This document shows, piece after piece, positions 25,577-32,548 of a DNA stretch of 40,921 bases. Under the pieces are notes generated by a model. That model saw only the letters and a list, made by a program, of their open reading frames with translations. It ran no database searches and had not been told where the DNA came from. Positions within the stretch are counted from its first letter, which is position 1; each line of letters starts with the position of its first letter. The translations under genes and the position numbers were made by a program. This stretch comes from Candidatus Taylorbacteria bacterium RIFCSPLOWO2_01_FULL_48_100 (GTDB taxonomy: Bacteria; Patescibacteriota; Minisyncoccia; Phycocordibacterales; UBA10002): assembly GCA_001821135.1 (NCBI GenBank), contig MHSA01000013.1:1-40921 (forward strand). Reading direction: 5' to 3'.

Positions 25577-25985
25577 ATGCTATGTCACGATGTATTTCTC
25601 GCAACTGTGCGAAATCTATTGGCGGCATCAATCCAACAAAGCGCAAAAGCCGCTTACTGCTCAGGACGCGCATTTGCGATAGATTTGCGATAAATCGTTC
25701 CCCGTTGTTTTTAAATAAAAGTCGGTATGCTCCTTCTTTTGCTTTCGTTGAAATGGGAATCGCTAAAAATGTTTGCGGGTTAAACTTTTTGAAAATGATG
25801 ACAGGCCGTTCAAAATTACCGTGTTTTCCATTCTCCTCGCTTCCAATGTTGTGCCCGATACTCGCCCACCAAATCTGTCGCTCTCTGAAATATACTTCCG
25901 TCTCTGCAAAATGAATGCGTGGTTTGAGCGTTGCCCACTCCGAGAACCAGCTCAGTATCCTTTCTTTTGGGATGATCTTTTTCAC
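25575..25985 (-). CDS. Orphan PemK/MazF-family endoribonuclease toxin
   Basis: QIWWASIGHNIGSEENGK..FERPVII, AIPIST, LSQMRVLSSKRL; GTG start just after TGTTAAAAT. Confidence 0.85.
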   Translation of the reverse strand: MKKIIPKERILSWFSEWATLKPRIHFAETEVYFRERQIWWASIGHNIGSEENGKHGNFERPVIIFKKFNPQTFLAIPISTKAKEGAYRLLFKNNGERFIANLSQMRVLSSKRLLRFVGLMPPIDFAQLREIHRDIA

Positions 25986-26008
25986 AAAACTATTTTAACA
26001 CAGGTATG

Positions 26009-26124
26009 AAAAAAGCCGCCCCAATTTTAAACTGGGACGGCTCCGGACGCAACAACAGAAGACCAAACCTAACTACGCGCTGCGGAACTGGAGGTAACTG
26101 TGCGAAACCCCGCGAAGCCCGATA
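26009..26124 (-). ncRNA. Pentamer-periodic candidate guide RNA unit C
   Basis: TAT cg GGC tt CGC gg GGT tt CGC ac AGT ta CCT cc AGT tc CGC ag CGC gt AGT ta GGT tt GGT ct TCT gt TGT tg CGT cc, then GG + AGCCGTCCCA...TGGGGCGGCT + T-run. Confidence 0.8.
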
Positions 26125-26130
26125 AGTTAT

Positions 26131-26235
26131 AGCGGAGGATGAAAGAATCACCAGCCGCTCCGAACTCAACGCGACCGATGCCAACAATATTCTGAACAAG
26201 TCAGGTTTGCTCAACTCCGACGAGCGTGACCTGGA
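26131..26235 (-). ncRNA. Pentamer-periodic candidate guide RNA unit D (more degenerate)
   Basis: GGT ca CGC tc GTC gg AGT tg AGC aa ACC tg ACT tg TTC ag AAT at TGT tg GCA tc GGT cg CGT tg AGT tc, then GG + AGCGG...CCGCT hairpin without a T-run. Confidence 0.6.
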
Positions 26236-26240
26236 AGGTT

Positions 26241-26978
26241 TTACACCCCCGCGAGTTCGCGGAGGTCCGCGGGCGCGTCAGAGAGGTCGTACTCAACGAC
26301 CGAAATCTCCACCTTGGCGTCCTTCACCGGCAAAATTTCCATCTTGCTGATGACGAATCTGCCGAAGCGGCCGCGGTGAATTGGGTTCCAGTCGCAGAGA
26401 CCGATTTTCCTGCCGGCGGTCTCGACGAGTGCGACCACCGTGTCGCGGCCTATGCCTCGTTTCGTATCAAGCCGGACGGTGAACGAGGTCTCCCAATGTG
26501 GGATGCGCGGGCGCGTAATCGCCACAGCGACTTTCTTTCCGCCGGAGTCCAGATTGCCCTTTGCGAGGAGGCTGTAGAACGGAATGTTGCCGTCCTTGTC
26601 GGTGTCTTTGAAGACGCAGAAATCCTCGGGAAAGTCCAAAAACTCAAAAAGAGTAGTGGACTTCGCCGTAGAAATCTGATTCTTGCCGGATTTTACATAT
26701 CGTCCGGCTCCGACAAGGCACGCAATCATGTTTTGCATCGGGAAGCCCATTTTCGCCGGTGAGCCGTTCGTACCGCTTTCAGAGCGGTAGAGCTTGGTGC
26801 CGGATTCTTCCTGCACGCTCCAATCGGTGCGCTTCTGGCTCTGCTGTCTCTGCCTCAAGACCGTGTCCAAGAAGTCGGGGTCGTTGCCCGGATTCTGCAA
26901 CATTCCCGGAGAGAGATTCTTGAGATGGAATCTCAAAAACTCTGCCGAAACCGCTGTCGTGATAATCGTTTCTTTCAT
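26241..26978 (-). CDS. RAMP/Cas7-like protein (Vipr-like)
   Basis: N-terminal strand LRFHLKNLSPGMLQN; GFPMQNMIACLVGAG (compare RAMP IPxxxxKGxxR helix); RPRIPHW; C-terminal Gly-rich loop AGRKIGLCDWNPIHRGRFGRFVI. Confidence 0.65.
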   Translation of the reverse strand: MKETIITTAVSAEFLRFHLKNLSPGMLQNPGNDPDFLDTVLRQRQQSQKRTDWSVQEESGTKLYRSESGTNGSPAKMGFPMQNMIACLVGAGRYVKSGKNQISTAKSTTLFEFLDFPEDFCVFKDTDKDGNIPFYSLLAKGNLDSGGKKVAVAITRPRIPHWETSFTVRLDTKRGIGRDTVVALVETAGRKIGLCDWNPIHRGRFGRFVISKMEILPVKDAKVEISVVEYDLSDAPADLRELAGV

Positions 26979-27128
26979 ACCGTATCTTCTTTCTGCACTT
27001 TACCCCTCCATATTTCAGTTGGGATAGGCGTTTTTGCCTCTGTGGTTTAGTTGACGAAGAGCGTTGTTTAGCAATATAAAAATCGCCTCCAAACGCTAAA
27101 CAGCAACTCAAGTTGCCATCTATAAAAA

Positions 27129-27157
27129 AGGTTAGCATAGTGTTGATTTGGTGTCAA
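27129..27157 (-). promoter_or_regulatory. Sigma70-type promoter for the RAMP-like gene
   Basis: TTGACA-N17-TAACCT with TGn extension on the minus strand. Confidence 0.6.
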
Positions 27158-27186
27158 ATATGTGTAAGTGAGTCGTTGTGTTATAC

Positions 27187-27278
27187 AAAAAAGCCCCGAC
27201 AACTTGGTTGTCGGGGCTCCGCAGGATACCAAACTCGGCGTAAGAAAACTCGACTACACTTAACGGAACCAAAATCCA
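27187..27278 (-). ncRNA. Pentamer-periodic candidate guide RNA unit E with its own promoter
   Basis: GGT tc CGT ta AGT gt AGT cg AGT tt TCT ta CGC cg AGT tt GGT at CCT gc, then GG + AGCCCCGACAAC...GTTGTCGGGGCT + T-run. Promoter TAGACA-N17-TAAGAT with TGn extension (27313-27285). Confidence 0.75.
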
Positions 27279-27348
27279 AGAATCATCTTATCATAAATAC
27301 CTATTTCTGTCTATATTTTGTTATTAAGATACGATCGTATCTTAATTG

Positions 27349-27942
27349 CTAAATGTGAATAAACGACTGGCGGTGGATTGGAGAAAGACCGTGCAGGCGG
27401 AGCATTTCATAGTGCAATTTTGTGCCGTACCCTTTGTGAATATCAAAACCGTACTGAGGGAATTGTTTTGCAAGTCGTACCATTCTGCAGTCGCGGCATA
27501 CTTTTGCGGCAATGGAAGCGAGCGCAATCAGCAGTTCCTTTTCGTCTCCGCGAACTATTGTTTTTTGTTTTGTAAAGTGCGCCGGAGCTTTCAACCCGCC
27601 GTCTAGAAGCACGAGGCATGCATTCGGTTCTATGTTTAATTTTTTAAGCACTCTGTATATTCCAACGCGAAGCGCGCGCGCCATCCCTTTCTTGTCTATA
27701 GTCCGATGCCCCACGAACGCTGTCGCATATTGAACCATTCCCCCGCTTTCATTTTCTTGCATCACCGTAAACCATTCGTCGCGCTGTGTTGGTGAGAGTT
27801 GTTTACAGTCCTTCACACCCGCGAACGCGCAGCGACATACTCGCATCTTACCCGCTTCCACCGCACACGCTCCGATACACAAAGGTCCCGCCAACGGTCC
27901 GCGTCCGACTTCATCTATGCCGATGATGTACTCTGTGCGCAT
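27349..27942 (-). CDS. rnhB: Ribonuclease HII
   Basis: GIDEVGRGPLAGP, VKDCKQL, LLDG, KTIVRGD, ASIAAKVCRD, HKGYGT. Confidence 0.95.
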   Translation of the reverse strand: MRTEYIIGIDEVGRGPLAGPLCIGACAVEAGKMRVCRCAFAGVKDCKQLSPTQRDEWFTVMQENESGGMVQYATAFVGHRTIDKKGMARALRVGIYRVLKKLNIEPNACLVLLDGGLKAPAHFTKQKTIVRGDEKELLIALASIAAKVCRDCRMVRLAKQFPQYGFDIHKGYGTKLHYEMLRLHGLSPIHRQSFIHI

Positions 27943-27967
27943 TGAGGTATTTTAACATCCATTCAGA

Positions 27968-28109
27968 ACATCCTCCGTCTCCCTACGGGAGACACCTCCC
28001 TCAAGGGAGGATTTTCCGAAGCTCCACCTTTTAAGGGGGGTTGGGGGGATGTAAGAAACAACATCTCTCCCCCTCGCTCCGCTCGGGTACTCCCCTCAAG
28101 GGGAGATTT
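27968..28109. repeat. Cluster of REP-like palindromic units upstream of the DUF559 gene
   Basis: Three units of the form ACATC(C/T)...hairpin...CTCCCCTCAAGGGGAG or its inverse ...AAGGGGG...GGGGGATGT. Confidence 0.75.
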
Positions 28110-28135
28110 AATGAGGCGGATGTATAATTGTGTAT

Positions 28136-28489
28136 ATGCACTCTCGCCTACCCTACAATAAAAAACTGACACAAAGGGCGCGAGCGATGAGAACGGTAAG
28201 CACGCTGTCCGAAGTATTGCTGTGGAATCAACTTAAAAAGAAAAAATTAAATGGTTTACAATTCTATCGCCAATTTCCCATTCATAATTACATTGTTGAT
28301 TTTTACTGCAAAGAAATTAAGCTTGCAATAGAAATTGACGGCGCGATTCATCAAACAACACGAAAAGAAGACACATTCAGACAGCGCGAAATTGAGTCAT
28401 TGGGCGTTTCTTTTCTGCGTTTCCGAACATCTGAAGTTGAGAAAGATATTGGGAGTGTGCTCATTCGCATCAAAAACTTCTCCTCATAA
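28136..28489 (+). CDS. DUF559 / Vsr-like endonuclease domain protein
   Basis: RARAMR, EVLLWNQL, FYRQFPI..YIVDFYC, LAIEIDG..H, GVSFLRF. Confidence 0.9.
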   Translation: MHSRLPYNKKLTQRARAMRTVSTLSEVLLWNQLKKKKLNGLQFYRQFPIHNYIVDFYCKEIKLAIEIDGAIHQTTRKEDTFRQREIESLGVSFLRFRTSEVEKDIGSVLIRIKNFSS

Positions 28490-28593
28490 TTCCCCCCTTG
28501 AGGGGGGTGCCGAGGTTTGACGAGGCGGGGGATGTAGAGAAAAACATCCCTCCCTCCGCCTGCTGGCGGAGTACTCCCCTCAAGGGGAGATTT
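28489..28593. repeat. REP-like palindromic pair downstream of the DUF559 gene
   Basis: CCCCCCTTGAGGGGGG...GGGGGATGT followed by the inverted ACATCCC...CTCCCCTCAAGGGGAGATTT. Confidence 0.75.
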
Positions 28594-28735
28594 TGTACGG
28601 TAGATGTGTATGTTGGATTTATATTCTGCAAATGCTTGACAATATATGTGGATATGCTATACTGTACATAGACACTAGCACCTCAAAACGCTAGATGATC
28701 CTAACAAAAAGACAGAACTCTACAGAAAGAAGTGT

Positions 28736-29194
28736 ATGAAAAACACAATAAGCGAGTGGATGAAGAATGTTCAGATTGTTCGGAGTGTGAAAGCGCATCA
28801 AAAACATCTACAGGAGGTCGTGGACCATCTTGAATGGGAAAAGAAATCGGCCGAAAGCATGGTTGAATCCATGCAGAATGATGGTGTTGTAGTTTCCTAC
28901 GCCAAGTTGGTAAAGGATTTGGCTGAAGCCGGACAGATTGACGGCACCGACTACGAGGGATTACACATTCGCCTCCAACGGCAGATTTGCAGTTGCGACA
29001 TGCACAGCAGAGAGCAGTTTCGAGTCCTTACAGAATTTTTTCGGAATCGCGGTTTTGAACCCGAGAAACTGGTGGAGTTGTGGAACCAAGAGCATGCCGC
29101 GGCAAATAATGGACAGATTAGCCTACACACGGACGGGTTTTTGTTGATCGTTAATTGCGTTAAGATCCATGTGTTACTTGAGGCAACTTTGTAA
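28736..29194 (+). CDS. Hypothetical protein
   Basis: 152-aa ORF with an upstream TTGACA-N16-TATACT promoter and a downstream terminator. Confidence 0.6.
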   Translation: MKNTISEWMKNVQIVRSVKAHQKHLQEVVDHLEWEKKSAESMVESMQNDGVVVSYAKLVKDLAEAGQIDGTDYEGLHIRLQRQICSCDMHSREQFRVLTEFFRNRGFEPEKLVELWNQEHAAANNGQISLHTDGFLLIVNCVKIHVLLEATL

Positions 29195-29209
29195 GCTGTA
29201 CGCTTCACC

Positions 29210-29239
29210 AAAACCGCAGACAGCGATGTCTGCGGTTTT
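29210..29239 (+). terminator. Intrinsic terminator
   Basis: AAAACCGCAGACA-GCGA-TGTCTGCGGTTTT. Confidence 0.75.
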
Positions 29240-29250
29240 ACTTTTCTCAA

Positions 29251-29296
29251 TCCCCCTTTTAAGGGGGCACTCGCCGATGAGGCGAGGGGGGATGTA
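29251..29296. repeat. Solo copy of the DUF559-associated REP-like unit
   Basis: CCCCCTTTTAAGGGGG-CA-CTCGCC-GATGA-GGCGAG-GGGGGATGT. Confidence 0.65.
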
Positions 29297-29316
29297 AAAA
29301 TGCTACAATCTTATTT

Positions 29317-32300
29317 ATGCCCCCAAACTTTACCCTCCTCAACGCCCACTCGCACTACTCCCTCCTTTCTGCTCTGCCGAAAATACCAGAACTCGTGGCG
29401 AAGGCGAAAAAAGAAGGAATGAGCGCGCTCGCTCTGACCGACAACGGCAATCTCTACGGCGCAATTGAGTTTTACAAAGAATGTAAAAACGAGGGCATTA
29501 AGCCGATTCTCGGCATTGACTGTTATCTTGCAGCGCGGACGCGGCGCGACAAAGTCGGCGGTATAGACAACAAGCGTACGCGGCTTATTCTCCTTGCGAA
29601 AAATGAAAATGGGTACCGAAACCTTATAAAGATTTCTACCGCGTCGCACCTTGACGGGTTTTACTACAAGCCGCGCGTTGATTTAGAATTGCTTGAACAA
29701 TACAAAGGTGGGCTTATTGCAATCGTACCTTTTGGCGCGTCCGAGCTTGCACAGGCATTGCGTATGAAAGATTCAGCGCGCGCAAAAGCATTTTTAGAAA
29801 AACTTATAGGTATTTTCGGAAGCGATTTGCGACTTGGTATCGGAAGCGAAAAGACGACTAAAGACGCGAAAGAACTCTTGTCCGCCATACAAGAACTCTC
29901 GGAGTCGCTACATATTCCGCTCGTTGTAGTAGAGCCAGTGTTTTACCTTGAGCCGGATGAAAAGCCCGCGCGCGATACAATGCTCCTTGTGTCCGCAGGC
30001 GGAGCTCTCGGAGAGCGCGAAGAGCATAACGAGATGGAGTATCACTTCCCTTCTGTCAATGAGGTCGCGGCGCGATTTGCGAGATTTCCGGACGCGCTCG
30101 CGGAAACCTCGCGCGTTGCAGACGAATGTAATCTGGAACTCGCTCTCGGTAAGTGGGTGTTTCCGAAAATTGATACAGACGGCATTCCTCCCGACGAAGC
30201 GTTTCGTACGACCGTAGAAACTGGGTACGCGCGCCGAAATATTCCTAAAACACAGGAAGCGGAACAGCGCGTCGCGTATGAGCTAGATATTATTACAAAA
30301 AAAGGATACGCCCCATACTTTCTTGTGGTTGCGGACTTGCTCAATTTCGCACACGAGCGTGGAATTCTAACGACCATCCGCGGCTCGGTCGCCGGCTCGC
30401 TCGCGACCTTTCTCGCAGGCATTACCAATGTCAACCCGCTTGAATACAAATTACCGTTTGAACGATTCCTGAACCCAGAACGGCCGTCCGCACCCGATAT
30501 TGATATGGACTTTGCAGACAATCGGCGCGACGAAATGATTGAATATGTGAAGCAAAAATACGGCGCCGACAAAGTTGCGCAAATTGGAACTTTCGGAACG
30601 ATGATGGCGCGCGGGAGTGTGCGCGATGTCGCGCGCGCGATGGGGTTTGAATACACAGCCGGCGACCGTATTGCGAAGCTTATCCCTTTCGGCTCGCAGG
30701 GATTCCCGATGTCCATCGCGCGCGCGCTTGAGCTTGTACCTGAACTCGCCAAGTTATATGGGGGCGATGATGAAACAAAACAGATTATAGATATGGCGAA
30801 AAAGATTGAGGGGTGTGCGCGCCATATTTCGGTACATGCCGCAGGAGTTGTGATTTCACCGACTCCACTCACTGACTATGCGCCGCTTCAACTGGACCCA
30901 AAAGGTGGAAAACTTATTACTCAATACGATATGTATGCGGTTGAAGAAGCGGGGCTTCTTAAGTTTGATTTCCTCGGAATCAAAAACCTGTCCATCCTCG
31001 CAGACGCGGTGGCGCGCGCGAAGGAGTTGGAAGGCGTTACTGTTGATATAGAAAATATTCCAGTGGATGATAAGAAAACATTTGAGATGCTCGCGCGCGG
31101 AGAGACCGAAGGGCTTTTCCAACTGAACGGCGCGGGGATGACGCGGTATCTGAAAGAACTCAAACCGAGTAGGATTCAAGACATAAACGCAATGGTTGCG
31201 CTATACCGACCGGGCCCCATGGAAACAATTCCGCAATACATTGAGCGCAAACACAACCCGCGCCTCATTTCCTACCTTGACCCGCGGCTCCAAAGTATTT
31301 TGGCGGATTCGTACGGCGTGATTACCTATCAAGATGATGTGCTTCTTACCGCTATTCACCTCGCGGGCTATTCATGGCTTGAAGTAGACAAACTCCGAAA
31401 GGCGATGGGAAAGAAAATTCCTGCAGAAATGGAAGCGCAAAAAGAAAAGCTTTTGAAAGGTTTCATTACAAATGGCCTTTCCAAGGAGAAAGCCGACAAG
31501 CTCTGGAGCCTTATCGAACCGTTTGCCGCATATGGTTTCGGCAAGGCGCATGCCGCGAGTTACGGCAAAGTCGCCTATCAGACCGCGTATATGAAAGCGA
31601 ACTTCCCTGCAATTTATATGTCCGCAGTGCTCACTGCGGATTCGGGAGATGTGGAAAAAATCGGCGAGACGGTAACGGAATGCAAGCGAATGAATATTTC
31701 CGTACTGCCGCCGTCGGTGAATGAAAGCATGGGCGGGTTTACGGTAATAAAAAAAACAAGTGAACAAGACAAAATCCGTTTCGGACTTACGACCATTAAA
31801 AACTTTGGCGAGGGGGTTGCTCAGTCCATCATTGCAGAGCGCGCGGCGCGCGGTCAGTTCAAAAATCTTTCCGATTTTCTGGAGCGAATTAAAGACCGAA
31901 ATCTAAACAAAAAAGCACTTGAAGCGCTTATTAAAAGCGGAGCGATGGATGAATTCGGAGAGCGCGGGCAGATGTTTGCGAATATGGAACTTCTGTTACA
32001 ATACGGCAAAGAAAGTACGGAACATTCCGGCGCATCGCTTTTTAGCGCACTTCCCGCTTCTGCTGGAGTCCGACTGGCGGACTCGCCGCCGGCAATTCAA
32101 GAAGAAAAGCTCGCGTGGGAAAAAGAATTGCTCGGGCTCTACATCTCTGGGCACCCATTAGATAAGTTTCGCGCTGTATTGGAAAAGCGCGAGGTTAATA
32201 TTCGTCGGGCAAAAGAAGAATACAAAGAGGGAATGACGGTCGTAGTTGCCGGTATTTTACAGGAAGTGAAAACAATTATCACAAAGAAAAATGAAATTAT

Positions 32301-32481
32301 GGCGTTTCTCAAACTAGCCGACTTTTCCGGCTCTATTGAAGTGGTCGTTTTCCCGCGTGTGTGGAATGAACACAAAGCGCTCTTCTCGCCCGACGCGCTC
32401 GTCGCCATAAAAGGCCGCATCTCCAACCGCAACAACACAGTTAGTATGGTGGCGGAGAAAGCGAAAATGATGAGTGTTTAA
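29317..32481 (+). CDS. dnaE: DNA polymerase III alpha subunit
   Basis: PHP domain HSHYSLL/ALTD, RGSVAGS, FERFLNPER..PDIDMDF, HAAG, LLKFDFLG, KAHAASY, C-terminal OB fold. Confidence 0.97.
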   Translation: MPPNFTLLNAHSHYSLLSALPKIPELVAKAKKEGMSALALTDNGNLYGAIEFYKECKNEGIKPILGIDCYLAARTRRDKVGGIDNKRTRLILLAKNENGYRNLIKISTASHLDGFYYKPRVDLELLEQYKGGLIAIVPFGASELAQALRMKDSARAKAFLEKLIGIFGSDLRLGIGSEKTTKDAKELLSAIQELSESLHIPLVVVEPVFYLEPDEKPARDTMLLVSAGGALGEREEHNEMEYHFPSVNEVAARFARFPDALAETSRVADECNLELALGKWVFPKIDTDGIPPDEAFRTTVETGYARRNIPKTQEAEQRVAYELDIITKKGYAPYFLVVADLLNFAHERGILTTIRGSVAGSLATFLAGITNVNPLEYKLPFERFLNPERPSAPDIDMDFADNRRDEMIEYVKQKYGADKVAQIGTFGTMMARGSVRDVARAMGFEYTAGDRIAKLIPFGSQGFPMSIARALELVPELAKLYGGDDETKQIIDMAKKIEGCARHISVHAAGVVISPTPLTDYAPLQLDPKGGKLITQYDMYAVEEAGLLKFDFLGIKNLSILADAVARAKELEGVTVDIENIPVDDKKTFEMLARGETEGLFQLNGAGMTRYLKELKPSRIQDINAMVALYRPGPMETIPQYIERKHNPRLISYLDPRLQSILADSYGVITYQDDVLLTAIHLAGYSWLEVDKLRKAMGKKIPAEMEAQKEKLLKGFITNGLSKEKADKLWSLIEPFAAYGFGKAHAASYGKVAYQTAYMKANFPAIYMSAVLTADSGDVEKIGETVTECKRMNISVLPPSVNESMGGFTVIKKTSEQDKIRFGLTTIKNFGEGVAQSIIAERAARGQFKNLSDFLERIKDRNLNKKALEALIKSGAMDEFGERGQMFANMELLLQYGKESTEHSGASLFSALPASAGVRLADSPPAIQEEKLAWEKELLGLYISGHPLDKFRAVLEKREVNIRRAKEEYKEGMTVVVAGILQEVKTIITKKNEIMAFLKLADFSGSIEVVVFPRVWNEHKALFSPDALVAIKGRISNRNNTVSMVAEKAKMMSV

Positions 32482-32494
32482 TTTGTGTTATTTC

Positions 32495-32531
32495 CGGCAC
32501 CAGATGTCTGCAATTTAGACATCTGGTGCCG
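32495..32531. repeat. 15-bp perfect inverted repeat between dnaE and thrS
   Basis: CGGCACCAGATGTCT-N7-AGACATCTGGTGCCG; no T-tail. Confidence 0.65.
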
Positions 32532-32548
32532 TATGGTATGATAACAAT

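Noticed and set aside
25990-26214. Short ORFs over the pentamer tracts (also 23257-23511, 25266-25469, 27113-27352)
   Set aside because: No recognisable motifs; they run through terminators and promoters, and a period of 5 is not a coding signal.
23353-27313. Canonical CRISPR array or type IV CRISPR-Cas locus
   Set aside because: No 23-47 bp direct repeats with spacers and no recognisable cas1, cas2, cas5, cas6 or csf1. The periodicity is 5 nt.
27968-28593. CRISPR-like array around DUF559
   Set aside because: Units alternate in orientation, vary in length and lack regular spacers, which is REP-like.
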